42,609 nt of DNA from Elusimicrobiota bacterium (GTDB lineage: Bacteria > Elusimicrobiota > Elusimicrobia > Elusimicrobiales > UBA9959): the NCBI GenBank assembly GCA_030639665.1, contig DAOWCC010000001.1, positions 1-42,609 of the forward strand, given 5' to 3'. Both the position numbers and the translations under genes were made by a program. The notes below the pieces were generated by a model. The model searched no databases, had not been told where the DNA came from, and was given only the letters and a program-made list of their open reading frames with translations. Each line of letters begins with the position of its first letter. The stretch's first letter is position 1. Shown here one piece after another: positions 8,765 to 18,746 of the stretch.

Positions 8765-9327
8765 ATGAGCAGAGTTGGAAAAAAACCGATTACAGTATCA
8801 GACAAAGTTAAAACAAGGCTGGAAAAGAGAGTTGTTTTCGCGGAAGGCCCCAAAGGAAAGGCGTCTTATGAAGTTCCTTTTGGCATAAATGTGGATATTA
8901 AAGGTTCCGTTATACAGCTTTCTGTTGACAAGGCGTCGTCAGATAAGAGATTGTCCGCGTTGTTTGGAACCGCGAGAGCCAGAATAAGCAATATGGTTGA
9001 AGGTGTTGAAAAGGAATTTTCCAAAGTGCTTGAAATAAAAGGTGTCGGTTATAAGGGCGCTATTCAAGGACGGAAACTCGTGCTTAATGTTGGCTTCTCT
9101 CATCCGGTGGAGTTTGATATGCCCGAAGGTATGAGCATGAAGCTTGAAAATAAAGACACCGTTCTTACCATTACTCATTTTGACAAAGAAATTGTGGGAA
9201 ATATGGCCGCCAAGATAAAAAAATAAGACCTACAGAGCCTTATAAAGGCACAGGCATAAGATATCAAGGCGAATATGTAATAAGAAAAGCGGGTAAAACT
9301 GCCGCCGGCGCGGGTGCGAAAAAATAG
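8765..9327 (+). CDS. rplF: 50S ribosomal protein L6, interrupted by a frameshift in an A7 run (0-frame stop at 9224-9226; conserved C-terminus continues in the -1 frame to TAG 9325-9327)
   Basis: MSRVGKKPI... is in frame 0. [34 protein letters not shown], the canonical L6 C-terminus, reads from 9223 in the -1 frame. The junction is at AUA AAA AAA UAA. Confidence 0.9.
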
Positions 9328-9397
9328 AAATAGCGCAACAGCGCTGCCGCGCGACAGCGAGGCAGCCGGATAAAGAGATATATTTACGGAGAGTATT

Positions 9398-9763
9398 ATG
9401 ATAACCAAACAAAGAAAATATAAGTTTAGAAAAGACAGAACAAGGAAAAGGCTTTTTCAAAATGGATTACATTTGCTTCGCTTGCAAGTGCATAGAAGTG
9501 CAAAGAATATCTATGCTCAAATTGTGGACGATACAAAAGGTGTTACCCTTGTAGCTGCCTCAAGTTTAGATAAAGAGTTAAAGGAAAAGAAGCTTAAATC
9601 CGGTAAAAATATCGAAACTTCCCGCATTATCGGTGACTTGATCGCAAAGCGCGCTATTAAAGCCGGAATAAAAAAAGTTTGTTTTGACAGAGGCGGAAGG
9701 ATATATCACGGAAAAATAAAAGCTCTTGCCGATAGCGCCCGAGAAGGCGGACTTCAGTTCTAG
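9398..9763 (+). CDS. rplR: 50S ribosomal protein L18
   Basis: [18 protein letters not shown]...[26 protein letters not shown]. Confidence 0.96.
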   Translation: MITKQRKYKFRKDRTRKRLFQNGLHLLRLQVHRSAKNIYAQIVDDTKGVTLVAASSLDKELKEKKLKSGKNIETSRIIGDLIAKRAIKAGIKKVCFDRGGRIYHGKIKALADSAREGGLQF

Positions 9764-9845
9764 GAATTTAAATCCCGCCGCACTCCGCTAAAAGCGGGAG
9801 AAGCGCGGAAAACCACATAGTGATTTTTTAAGGAGAATTATAAAT

Positions 9846-10397
9846 ATGGCTAATGATGCTAAAGAAACCAAGATGGAAACTGCCAATAAAGGCAATAGAA
9901 AATCCGACGGAGGAGTAACCTTTAATAAGGATATTCTTACGGAAGAAAAAAGCATAGTTGTTACCATAAACAGGGTGACAAAAGTTGTTAAAGGTGGAAA
10001 AAGAATGTCTTTTAACGCTCTTGTCGTAAATGGAAACGGAAATGGCTCCGTAGGCGTGGGAGTTGGAAAATCCAATGAAGTTCAGGGAGCTATTATGAAG
10101 GCGACTCAGGTTGCTAAAAAAAATATGATTGATTTTCCTTTGATTGAAAGCAGTATTCCTCATGAGATAATAGGAAAATTTGGAGCGGGAAAAGTTTGGA
10201 TGAAACCGGCGGTTTCAGGAACGGGTCTTATTGCCGGCGGCGGAGTTAGAGCGGTTCTTGAAGTTGGCGGAGTTAAAAATATTCTTACCAAAAACCTTGG
10301 AACCAGAAATTATTTTAATAGCGTTTATGCGACGATGGAAGCTTTGAAAAATTTAAAAACCAGAGAAGAAGTTTTAAAATTAAGAGGCGTGGAATAA
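9846..10397 (+). CDS. rpsE: 30S ribosomal protein S5
   Basis: [36 protein letters not shown]... Confidence 0.96.
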   Translation: MANDAKETKMETANKGNRKSDGGVTFNKDILTEEKSIVVTINRVTKVVKGGKRMSFNALVVNGNGNGSVGVGVGKSNEVQGAIMKATQVAKKNMIDFPLIESSIPHEIIGKFGAGKVWMKPAVSGTGLIAGGGVRAVLEVGGVKNILTKNLGTRNYFNSVYATMEALKNLKTREEVLKLRGVE

Positions 10398-10403
10398 ATT
10401 ACG

Positions 10404-10460
10404 GCAGATTAATATTGAGGTTAAGAAAAACTCTGAACCTTAATCTTAGCCTTGACCTGC
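10404..10460 (+). repeat. Hexamer-periodic hairpin element, copy 2 (short, degenerate), in the slot where rpmD normally lies
   Basis: gcag-attaat-attgag-gttaag-aa ... aaccttaatcttagccttgacctgc. Inner 9-bp stem attgaggtt/aaccttaat plus terminal gcag/ctgc. Confidence 0.65.
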
Positions 10461-10481
10461 AGTTAAATAGGAGATATTATC

Positions 10482-11000
10482 ATGGTAAGTTTAAACAATT
10501 TAAAGCCTAGAAAAGGTTCAACACATAGAAAGAAAAGACTTGGTTGCGGTCGGGGTTCAGGTCACGGAGAAACAAGCACGCGCGGACAAAAAGGGCAGAA
10601 TTCAACTTCCGGCGGTTCTAAAAGAAACGGTTTTGAAGGCGGACAGACGCCTCTTTTAAGAAGAATTCCCAAAAGCGGTTTTAATAACACCCGGTTTAGA
10701 ACGAAATATACATGGGTTAATGTCAGCGTTTTTGAAAAGTTTTTTGAAGGCGAGAAAGATATCAATATTGAGGTTTTAAAATCCAGAGGCTTGATAAAAA
10801 GAAAAGGCCTTTTAAAAATTCTGGGCACAGGTGATTTGAAAGCGGCTTTTAATGTTACGGCTCATTCATTTTCCGCGTCGGCAAAAGAAAAAATAGAAAA
10901 GGCCGGCGGAAAAACCGTTGTAATCGAACTTCCCGCAAAGCCCCAAAAAGCTCTGAGTAAAAGACAAGAACTAAGAGCCAAGAAGTTCGCTTCTAAATAG
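10482..11000 (+). CDS. rplO: 50S ribosomal protein L15
   Basis: LNNLKPRKGSTHRKKRLGCGRGSGHGETSTRGQKGQ... Confidence 0.95.
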   Translation: MVSLNNLKPRKGSTHRKKRLGCGRGSGHGETSTRGQKGQNSTSGGSKRNGFEGGQTPLLRRIPKSGFNNTRFRTKYTWVNVSVFEKFFEGEKDINIEVLKSRGLIKRKGLLKILGTGDLKAAFNVTAHSFSASAKEKIEKAGGKTVVIELPAKPQKALSKRQELRAKKFASK

Positions 11001-11060
11001 TTTTTGCGCTTTTTGCGGTGAGATTTATTTTGCGCTCTTTGCGCGTTAATAGGAGAATAC

Positions 11061-12389
11061 ATGCAGCAGATAGCTAATGTTTTCAAAATTAAAGATTTAA
11101 AACGCAGAATAATTTTTGTTTTAGTGGCTCTTGCCGTTTATCGTTTGGGCGCCTTGATTCCGATACCCGGTATAAATACGGCGGCCATACAATCTTTGTT
11201 TCAAAACAATTCCACCGGTGTGCTTGGAGTTTTGGATATGTTTTCAGGGGGAGCTTTAAGCAGATTCTCAATTTTCTCAATGGGCGTTATGCCGTATATT
11301 AACGCTTCCATTATCATGAGTCTTGTCCAGGGAGCGCATGTTTTCCCTTATCTAGACAGATTAAAACAAGAGGGAGAGCAAGGCCATAGAAAGGTTACGC
11401 AGATAACAAGAGTGTTTACTTTGTTTTTGGCTTCTTTCCAATCTTTCGGCTTAACAATGGCATTGGGTAAAATGCCAACGCCAAGCGGTATTCCCATCAT
11501 AGCGGACCCTTCCTTTAGTTTTTATTTTGTCACTGTTTTAACTCTTACCACGGGAACTATTTTAATCATGTGGCTTGGAGAACAGATGACTGAAAGAGGG
11601 ATAGGCAATGGTATTTCTCTTATAATTTTTGCGGGAATAGTAAACGCTTTGCCCAGTGCGATCAGTAATATGATTAAGTTGGTGCAGGTGGATGAAATGA
11701 GTATTTTAATGGCGCTTATAATTTTAGCCGCGGTTATCGCGCTTGTAGCTTTTGTTGTCTGGGTTGAAACAGCTCAGAGAAAGATACCCATACAATACGC
11801 GCAGAGAATGGTCGGAAGAAAAGTTTATGGCGGAGTCAGCACATTTCTTCCTTTAAAAGTCGATCAAAGCGGCGTAATAGCCGTTATATTCGCGATGTCT
11901 CTTTTAAGCGTGCCCTATACGATAATGCAGTTTAATCCTCAGGCCGCGTGGGCAAATACAATGATGAATTTGATGAGTCCGACCAGTATTTTTTATCAAA
12001 TGCTTTACGGAGGACTAATCATATTCTTTTGCTATTTCTATAATTCCGTCAGTATAAATCCGAAAGATTTGGCGGATAATATGAAAAAATGGGGCGGTTT
12101 TGTTCCGGGTATCAGACCGGGAGATCAAACAGCCAATTATATTGAAAGAGTCATGAATAGAATAACGCTGGGCGGAGCTCTTTTTGTTTGTTCCATTTGT
12201 CTTATACCTGATTATCTCAGGGTTAAATTTAATATTCCGTTTTATTTGGGCGGAACCTCTCTCCTGATTGTCGTCGGTGTCGCTTTGGATACCGTATCTC
12301 AGATGGAAGCTCATATGGTAATGAGAAATTATGAGGGTTTTTCCAAGCGCAGTAAGATTAAGGGCCGCTGGTTTAATGTTGGTTCCTAA
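11061..12389 (+). CDS. secY: preprotein translocase subunit SecY
   Basis: 10-TM profile; IPIPGIN, FSMGVMPYINASII, MTERGIGNGISLIIFAGI. Confidence 0.96.
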   Translation: MQQIANVFKIKDLKRRIIFVLVALAVYRLGALIPIPGINTAAIQSLFQNNSTGVLGVLDMFSGGALSRFSIFSMGVMPYINASIIMSLVQGAHVFPYLDRLKQEGEQGHRKVTQITRVFTLFLASFQSFGLTMALGKMPTPSGIPIIADPSFSFYFVTVLTLTTGTILIMWLGEQMTERGIGNGISLIIFAGIVNALPSAISNMIKLVQVDEMSILMALIILAAVIALVAFVVWVETAQRKIPIQYAQRMVGRKVYGGVSTFLPLKVDQSGVIAVIFAMSLLSVPYTIMQFNPQAAWANTMMNLMSPTSIFYQMLYGGLIIFFCYFYNSVSINPKDLADNMKKWGGFVPGIRPGDQTANYIERVMNRITLGGALFVCSICLIPDYLRVKFNIPFYLGGTSLLIVVGVALDTVSQMEAHMVMRNYEGFSKRSKIKGRWFNVGS

Positions 12390-12432
12390 TTATTAAATAC
12401 AGTATATTTAAAATTATTTTAAGGATTTACAC

Positions 12433-13140
12433 ATGAATATTATTTTATTGGGATATCCCGGTTCGGGAAAAGGCACTCAAGCGGAAGCATTATCCGCGGA
12501 ACTTTCGATGGAGCATATTTCAACGGGAGACTTATTCAGGGAAGAAATAACCAAAGGCACTCCTTTGGGTTTGAGGGTTTCCGAATATTTAGCCGGCGGA
12601 AAACTTGTTGACGATAAAACCGTTCTGGAGGTTATAAGTTCCAAACTTGAGAAACCTGAAATACAGGAGAAATCTAAGGAAGGCGAAAAATCTGAAAAAG
12701 AGGAGAAGTTTGTAAATGGTTTTTTATTTGACGGATTTCCGAGAACAGTGGAACAGGCCGAGGCTTTAGATTCTTTATTGTCGTCTAAAAAAATGGAACT
12801 GGACGCCGTTATCTTTCTTAATGTCGATGAAGCGGATGTTGTTGAAAGAATCAGTTCCCGGAGAGTCTGCCCCAAATGTTCAAAGGTTTATAATGTTATT
12901 TCAAGTCCTCCTCAAAAAGAAAATATCTGTGACGCATGCGGCGGGGAACTTTTGTTCAGAGAAGATGATAAACCCGCTGTTATTGAAAAGCGAATGATGG
13001 TTTATAAAGATTTAACGGAGCCTCTTATTTCCTATTATCACGCTAATGGCGTATTTTATGAGATTCAAGCTCGCGGTGACGCCACGGCCATAACCGAAAA
13101 TATAATTTCCCTCATAAAAGCTGAGATTAGTAAAAGCTGA
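12433..13140 (+). CDS. adk: adenylate kinase (Zn lid CPKC...CDAC; Glu/Lys-rich insertion)
   Basis: GYPGSGKGTQA P-loop, FLFDGFPRT, lid cysteines. Confidence 0.95.
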   Translation: MNIILLGYPGSGKGTQAEALSAELSMEHISTGDLFREEITKGTPLGLRVSEYLAGGKLVDDKTVLEVISSKLEKPEIQEKSKEGEKSEKEEKFVNGFLFDGFPRTVEQAEALDSLLSSKKMELDAVIFLNVDEADVVERISSRRVCPKCSKVYNVISSPPQKENICDACGGELLFREDDKPAVIEKRMMVYKDLTEPLISYYHANGVFYEIQARGDATAITENIISLIKAEISKS

Positions 13141-13142
13141 TT

Positions 13143-13889
13143 ATGGTGGAAATAAAAAATTCTCAAGAAGTGGATAAGCTTAGAGCCGCGGCTAAAGTAG
13201 TCGCTAAAACTCTTGCTCTTTTAAAAAAAGAAATTCGTGTCGGCATATCGACCGAACAATTAGACAAAATAGCTCGGAAAAAAATAGAAGATGAAGGCGC
13301 GAAGCCCGGATTCCTCGGATATCGCGGCTATCCGGCCACTGTTTGCGTTTCAATCAATGAAGAAGTGGTTCACGGTATTCCTTCCAAAAGAATCATAAAA
13401 AACGGAGATATCGTAAGTTTTGATGTGGGCGCTATTGTAGACGGTTTTTACGGCGATGCCGCGATAACCGTGCCGGTTGGAAAAGTGAAGCCGGAGTATC
13501 TTAGATTAATAGATGTTACCAGAAGTTCTTTGAATAAAGCACTAGCCGTTATTAAAGACGGAGTTCGTTTGGGCGATGTCTCTTACGCGGTTCAAGAATT
13601 TGTTGAAAAAGAGGGAATGAGCGTGGTTAAGGAGTTTACCGGCCATGGAATAGGCCGCAAGCTTCATGAAGATCCGTCAATACCCAATTTCGGGATAGTC
13701 GGAAAAGGCCTTATTCTTCGTTCAGGGATGACTCTTGCCATAGAGCCCATGGTTTGCCTGGGAAAGGGCGATATTACCGTTTTAAAAGATGGCTGGACGG
13801 CCGTTAGTTCCGACGGAAGTTATTCAGCCCATTTTGAGCATGATATTTGTGTTACCGATTTGGGTTGTGAAATTTTAAGCAAGGCGTAA
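13143..13889 (+). CDS. map: type I methionine aminopeptidase
   Basis: VCVSINEEVVHGIP, FDVGAIVDGFYGD, FTGHGIGRKLHE, HFEH. Confidence 0.95.
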   Translation: MVEIKNSQEVDKLRAAAKVVAKTLALLKKEIRVGISTEQLDKIARKKIEDEGAKPGFLGYRGYPATVCVSINEEVVHGIPSKRIIKNGDIVSFDVGAIVDGFYGDAAITVPVGKVKPEYLRLIDVTRSSLNKALAVIKDGVRLGDVSYAVQEFVEKEGMSVVKEFTGHGIGRKLHEDPSIPNFGIVGKGLILRSGMTLAIEPMVCLGKGDITVLKDGWTAVSSDGSYSAHFEHDICVTDLGCEILSKA

Positions 13890-13892
13890 ACG

Positions 13893-13922
13893 GCAGGTCG
13901 AGATTAAGATTAAGGTTCAGAG
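13893..13922 (+). repeat. Hexamer-periodic element, copy 3 (5' arm only, followed by T9)
   Basis: gcag-gtcgag-attaag-attaag-gttcag-ag, then ttttttttt. Only a weak, partial 3' partner at 13933-13952. Confidence 0.6.
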
Positions 13923-13996
13923 TTTTTTTTTACCGCAGTCTAAATCTGTCGCAGAACACTATCTAATATAGTCATTATTTGGTACAATAGGAAGAT

Positions 13997-14218
13997 ATGT
14001 CTAATAACAGTGAAAAAATAGAGGTTGAAGGGGTAGTCTTGGAGACTTTCCCCAATGCCAGTTTCAGAGTTGAAATTGCTCCCGGTAAAGTTATTTTGGC
14101 GCATATATCGGGTAAAATGAGAATTCATCATATAAAGATTTTGCAGGGAGATAAGGTTAGAGTTGAATTGTCTCCTTATGATTTGTCGAGGGGTAGAATA
14201 ACCTATCGCTCCAAATAA
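13997..14218 (+). CDS. infA: translation initiation factor IF-1
   Basis: [19 protein letters not shown]...[33 protein letters not shown]. Confidence 0.97.
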   Translation: MSNNSEKIEVEGVVLETFPNASFRVEIAPGKVILAHISGKMRIHHIKILQGDKVRVELSPYDLSRGRITYRSK

Positions 14219-14262
14219 GAGATTAAAATTTTGTAATAGATGTTTATATAGGAGTTTATGAA

Positions 14263-14376
14263 ATGAAAGTCAGAGCCAGCGTTAAAAAGATTTGCAACAA
14301 GTGTAAAATTGTAAAAAGAAAAGGCGTGGTAAGAGTTATTTGCTCTGAACCTCGTCACAAACAGAGACAGGGATAA
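14263..14376 (+). CDS. rpmJ: 50S ribosomal protein L36 (37 aa; below the ORF-track cutoff)
   Basis: Own translation: [41 protein letters not shown] upstream. Confidence 0.95.
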   Translation: MKVRASVKKICNKCKIVKRKGVVRVICSEPRHKQRQG

Positions 14377-14454
14377 TTGGATTTTTGCTTTTAACGGAGC
14401 GATAGCCGGTTGCTGTTTTTACTAATTTAAAAGAAAAAAGTTTAGGAGAGTTAT

Positions 14455-14832
14455 ATGGCAAGGATAGTGGGACTGGATTTACCAAGAAATAAGAGAATAG
14501 ATATCGCGTTAACTTATGTTTTTGGCATAGGAAATACTTTAGCTAAAAAGATTTTAAAAGAGTTGGGAAATCAAGTAGACCCCTCGACCAGAGTCAGGGA
14601 TCTTACTGAAGAGCAAACCGGTCTTATCAATTCGCTGATTATCAAAGAGTACAGAGTTGAAGGCGAATTAAGAAGAGAAATTTCCCAGAACTTAAAAAGA
14701 TATATTGAGATAGGAAGTTATAGGGGCATAAGACATAGAAGAAGCCTTCCTTCTCGCGGACAGAGAACAAAAACCAATGGCAGAACCCGTCGTGGAAGAA
14801 GAAAAACCATAGGATCGGGCGGCGGTAAATAA
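14455..14832 (+). CDS. rpsM: 30S ribosomal protein S13
   Basis: [26 protein letters not shown]... Confidence 0.97.
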   Translation: MARIVGLDLPRNKRIDIALTYVFGIGNTLAKKILKELGNQVDPSTRVRDLTEEQTGLINSLIIKEYRVEGELRREISQNLKRYIEIGSYRGIRHRRSLPSRGQRTKTNGRTRRGRRKTIGSGGGK

Positions 14833-14910
14833 AGATTTACCGGTTAGGCGACAAAAAGCGGTATTAAAATTTGAGCGCCGCAATTTACAGGAGGTTGTTT
14901 TAAAATTAAT

Positions 14911-15324
14911 ATGAGCGACGATAAAAATACAAAAGGCGGAAGTTCCAGACGCCAAGCCAAGAAAAAAAACTATGGAACAATTGCATTTGGAAAAGTTTAT
15001 ATCAATTCTTCTTTTAATAACACTTTGGTAACCATAACAAATGAAAGAGGCAATGTTTTGTGCTGGTCAACATCCGGTGCTAACGGATTTAAAGGATCAA
15101 AAAAAGGCACACCGTTCGCGGCGCAAATTACCGCGTCAAAAGTAGCGGCGAAGGCTCTTGATTATGGAGTTAAACAGGCGCATATTCTTGTAAACGGCCC
15201 CGGCCCCGGTAGAGAAACGGCAATTAGAGCGATTTCTCAGGCCGGTATTCGTGTCATGAGCATAAAAGATGTAACGCCTATTCCACATAATGGATGCAGG
15301 CCGCCAAAACCCAGAAGAGTTTAA
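14911..15324 (+). CDS. rpsK: 30S ribosomal protein S11
   Basis: [37 protein letters not shown]. Confidence 0.97.
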   Translation: MSDDKNTKGGSSRRQAKKKNYGTIAFGKVYINSSFNNTLVTITNERGNVLCWSTSGANGFKGSKKGTPFAAQITASKVAAKALDYGVKQAHILVNGPGPGRETAIRAISQAGIRVMSIKDVTPIPHNGCRPPKPRRV

Positions 15325-15327
15325 GAT

Positions 15328-15348
15328 ACAGAGAACAGAGAACAGAGA
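15328..15348 (+). repeat. Tandem heptamer (acagaga) x3 directly after the rpsK stop
   Basis: acagaga at 15328, 15335 and 15342. A pyrimidine-rich partial complement (agtttctgtcccctg) lies about 25 nt downstream. Confidence 0.7.
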
Positions 15349-15416
15349 ATAAAAAATTCCTTAAATAATCAGTTTCTGTCCCCTGAACCCTAATTTATGT
15401 AGGAGGTTTAGTACCA

Positions 15417-16046
15417 ATGTCAAGATATACAGGACCCAGCTGCAAAAAATGCAGAAGACTTAATGAAAAAATGTTTCTCAAGGGAAGCAAATGCTATAAC
15501 AATTGCGTTGTGGATCGTCAAAAAGCGAGCAGAGATAATAAATTTTCCGGCCGTCGCAAAAAAACATCGGATTATGCCAAGCATCTCAGAGAAAAGCAGA
15601 TAGCCAGATTTTCCGCTCAAATATGCGAAGCGCAATTTAAACGGTTTTATTCCATGGCTACTAAAGTGAAGGGACAAACCGGGGAATCTTTTCTTAAATT
15701 TTTGGAAATAAGATTGGACAATATAGTCAGAAGAATGGGTTTTGCCGTTTCATTGAAAGCCGCCCGTCAGATGGTCAATCACGGTGATGTGAAGGTTAAT
15801 GGCAAAGAAGTTTCCATACCGTCTTATATTCTCAAACCCGGCGATACTATTAGTGTCGACTCTAAGATAGCCGAGAGATTTATTATTAAACAGGGACTTG
15901 AACACGCCGATAAAGGCGCTCTTCGCCCCAGTTTTTTAAGTTTTAATCCTGAGACTCTTACGGGAAAAGTTGAACGCTGGCCTGATAGAAGCGAAGTTTC
16001 CATCAAAGTTGACGAGCAGCTTATAGTTGAATATTATTCCAAATAA
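15417..16046 (+). CDS. rpsD: 30S ribosomal protein S4
   Basis: MSRYTGPSCKKCRRLNEKMFLKG...; S4 RNA-binding domain. Confidence 0.96.
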   Translation: MSRYTGPSCKKCRRLNEKMFLKGSKCYNNCVVDRQKASRDNKFSGRRKKTSDYAKHLREKQIARFSAQICEAQFKRFYSMATKVKGQTGESFLKFLEIRLDNIVRRMGFAVSLKAARQMVNHGDVKVNGKEVSIPSYILKPGDTISVDSKIAERFIIKQGLEHADKGALRPSFLSFNPETLTGKVERWPDRSEVSIKVDEQLIVEYYSK

Positions 16047-16203
16047 GGCGTGTGACAAAAGCGGCGATTTGGCTGCAAAAGCAATCAAAAACGCGAGCTT
16101 TTAATCAGCAAAAATATATGTAGGGTTTTTCCGCTTGCCAAACCAGTGTCAGTTAGATTTTTGACGGGCAGGTGGCGACCCCAGAATTAGGAGGCAGTAC
16201 ATT

Positions 16204-17187
16204 ATGACTCAAGATTTTTCAAAACAGCTCCACATACCGGAGAACATTACCGTGGAAGAGAAAACCGCCACCAATAGTTATGCTAAATTTATAGCGGAAC
16301 CTTATGAAAGCGGTTATGGACATACCGTTGGCAATTCAATAAGAAGAGTTATGCTTTCAAGTCTGGACGGCGCGGCTATTGTTGCCGTAAGAATTAAAGG
16401 CGCCACTCATGAGTATTCGACGATTAAAGGCGTTCAAGAGGATGTAATCAATATACTTTTGAATTTGAAAAAGCTTAGACTTAAAATGACCGGTGAAGGC
16501 CCCGAAACACTTTATGTTTCTCTTAAAGGAAAAAAAGAAGTCAAGGCTTCCGATATACGGGAAAATGCCAATATCAAAATTGTCAATAAAGACCTTGTGA
16601 TAGCGCATCTTGAATCCGGAACGGAATTTGAGGCTGAGTTTGAAATTGCCAGAGGAGCGGGCTATCTTACCAGTGAAGAAATTAAGGCCAAAATAAATCT
16701 TCCCGCGGATTTTATTCCCATGGATTCGCTCTTTTCTCCGATACAAAAAGTTCATTATTCGGTAGAGAATGCCAGAGTCGGTCAAAGAACCGATTATGAC
16801 AGACTTGTAATTGAAGTATGGACGGACGGAACCATAACCCCCATTAAGGCGGTTAATCAGACGGCTGCTTTGCTGAAGAATTCTTTATTGCCTTTTCTTG
16901 GCGGAAAAAACAAGTCCGAGGAGACTTCCAAGGTTGAGACAAGCGAAAAAGAAACTCAGAAAACAAGCGCCGATTCGGATATGGATGAGCAAGGAGTTGA
17001 AATGATTGAGCTTTCCTCCCGCGCTTCAAATTGCTTAAAGGTGGCCGGCATAAGAACAATCGGAGAACTCATTCACAGAACGGATGAGGATTTGCTCGCG
17101 GTTAAGAATTTTGGAAAGAAATCTCTTGATGAAATAAAAGAAAAAATCGCGGAGATGGGCTTAAGCCTTGGAATGAAGTCCGAATAA
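16204..17187 (+). CDS. rpoA: DNA-directed RNA polymerase subunit alpha
   Basis: N-terminal domain (GHTVGNSIRRVMLSS) and C-terminal domain (ELSSRASNCLKVAGIRTIGEL), joined by an acidic linker. Confidence 0.96.
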   Translation: MTQDFSKQLHIPENITVEEKTATNSYAKFIAEPYESGYGHTVGNSIRRVMLSSLDGAAIVAVRIKGATHEYSTIKGVQEDVINILLNLKKLRLKMTGEGPETLYVSLKGKKEVKASDIRENANIKIVNKDLVIAHLESGTEFEAEFEIARGAGYLTSEEIKAKINLPADFIPMDSLFSPIQKVHYSVENARVGQRTDYDRLVIEVWTDGTITPIKAVNQTAALLKNSLLPFLGGKNKSEETSKVETSEKETQKTSADSDMDEQGVEMIELSSRASNCLKVAGIRTIGELIHRTDEDLLAVKNFGKKSLDEIKEKIAEMGLSLGMKSE

Positions 17188-17212
17188 AATCAGCTAAAAG
17201 AAAGGGATTAAT

Positions 17213-17557
17213 ATGATTAAAAATTTAGGACGCAAAAAACTATCTAAAACAGGTTCTCACAGAAAGGCGATGTATATGAATATGACTAATAGCCTTATAA
17301 TGAGCGAGAAAATAAAAACCACATTGCCTAAAGCCAAAGAATTAAGAGGTTTTGTGGAAAGGATTATTACGGATGCCAAGAAAGGCAGAAAGATGGAAGT
17401 TAGAAAGATTATAAAAGACAGACCTGCTTATGAGAAATTGTTTGATATTCTTGCTCCCCGCTATAAAGACAGACAAGGCGGATATACCAGGGTCATAAGA
17501 ATAGGTTTTAGAAAAGGTGATGACGCTGAAATAGCGATGATAAAATTGGTGGATTAA
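17213..17557 (+). CDS. rplQ: 50S ribosomal protein L17
   Basis: SHRKAMYMNMTNSLI..EKIKTTLPKAKELR...GGYTRVIRIGFRKGD. Confidence 0.96.
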   Translation: MIKNLGRKKLSKTGSHRKAMYMNMTNSLIMSEKIKTTLPKAKELRGFVERIITDAKKGRKMEVRKIIKDRPAYEKLFDILAPRYKDRQGGYTRVIRIGFRKGDDAEIAMIKLVD

Positions 17558-18598
17558 ATGTTTGATTACTTTTTTAGTTTTTTTTCCAATGATATAGGCA
17601 TAGATTTGGGAACAGCCAATACTCTCGTATATGTCAAAGGCAGAGGCATAGTTTTAAGAGAGCCTTCCGTAGTGGCAATCGATAAAGAAAAAAGAAAAGT
17701 GCTTGCCGTCGGCAGCGAGGCTAAGATGATGCTTGGCCGAACTCCCGCCAATATAACGGCGGTAAGGCCGTTAAAGAACGGCGTCATAGCTGATTTTGAA
17801 GTTACTCAGGAAATGATTAAGTATTTTATTAGAAAAGTTCATAATAGAAAAAATCTTCTTCATCCCAGAATAGTGATAGGAATTCCCGCCCGTATAACGG
17901 AAGTTGAAAAAAGAGCGGTTCAAGAATCCGCTGAACAAGCCGGCGCCAGAGAAGTGTATTTAATTGAAGAGCCTATGGCGGCCGCCATTGGTTCGGATTT
18001 GCCCGTTTCGGAACCTCATGCCAGCATGGTTTGCGATATAGGCGGCGGTACGACGGAAATAGCCGTTATTTCGCTTGGCGGAATGGTAGTGGCTAAATCT
18101 TTGGATATTGCCGGCGATGAAATGGATGAGTGTATAGTACAATATTTCAGAAAGAAACATAATTTGGTAATCGGCGATACCACCGCTGAAGAAGTAAAAA
18201 TGAAAATCGGTTCAGTCTTTCCTCTTAAAGAAGAGAAAACCATAGAAGTTAAAGGAAGAGACCAGGGTAAGGGTCTGCCTAAAACCATTCTTGTTACATC
18301 CGAGGAAATTCGCCAAGCTTTAATGGAACCGGTGCATTTAATAGTGGAAGCTTTAAAACAAACTTTGGAAGAAACTCCGCCGGAATTGGCGGCTGATTTG
18401 ATAGATAGGGGATTAGTGCTTGCAGGGGGAGGATCTTTAATAAAAGGATTTCCCGAACTGCTTAGGCAAGAGACGGAGCTTCCCGTTCATAGAGCGGCTG
18501 ATCCTTTAAGTTGCGTGGCTTTAGGCTGCGGAAAATTTTTAGAGGAACTTGATAATATACAGCAAAAAACCGATTTTCTTGGTTCTTATCGTAAATGA
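17558..18598 (+). CDS. mreB: rod shape-determining protein MreB
   Basis: [24 protein letters not shown]. The ATG immediately follows the rplQ TAA. Confidence 0.96.
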   Translation: MFDYFFSFFSNDIGIDLGTANTLVYVKGRGIVLREPSVVAIDKEKRKVLAVGSEAKMMLGRTPANITAVRPLKNGVIADFEVTQEMIKYFIRKVHNRKNLLHPRIVIGIPARITEVEKRAVQESAEQAGAREVYLIEEPMAAAIGSDLPVSEPHASMVCDIGGGTTEIAVISLGGMVVAKSLDIAGDEMDECIVQYFRKKHNLVIGDTTAEEVKMKIGSVFPLKEEKTIEVKGRDQGKGLPKTILVTSEEIRQALMEPVHLIVEALKQTLEETPPELAADLIDRGLVLAGGGSLIKGFPELLRQETELPVHRAADPLSCVALGCGKFLEELDNIQQKTDFLGSYRK

Positions 18599-18746
18599 TA
18601 AGACTTATTAATTATATGAGTAAAAGAGCTTCATTAAAATATCACCTTTGTTTGCTTAACTTCAGCGCTTTGGGCGCTATGCTCTTTGTCTTTTCTTAAA
18701 TCGGTCTTTTTTTTGTCATAGTTCTTCTCGGTGTTTGAGGGAATTG

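Noticed and set aside
12477-12875. Long antisense or alternate-frame ORFs inside core genes (for example 12477-12875, 16357-16785, 26485-26928, 38511-38915 and 9828-10163 on the minus strand; 2239-2556, 32504-32734, 35561-35782 and 27174-27356 on the plus strand)
   Set aside because: Each is fully embedded in a confidently identified gene with strong motif support. None has an RBS or recognisable motifs.
18616-18699. 27-codon ORF (MSKRASLKYHLCLLNFSALGAMLFVFS) in the mreB-mreC spacer
   Set aside because: It has no SD and no recognisable family, and it is short enough to arise by chance. I noted it only as a possibility.
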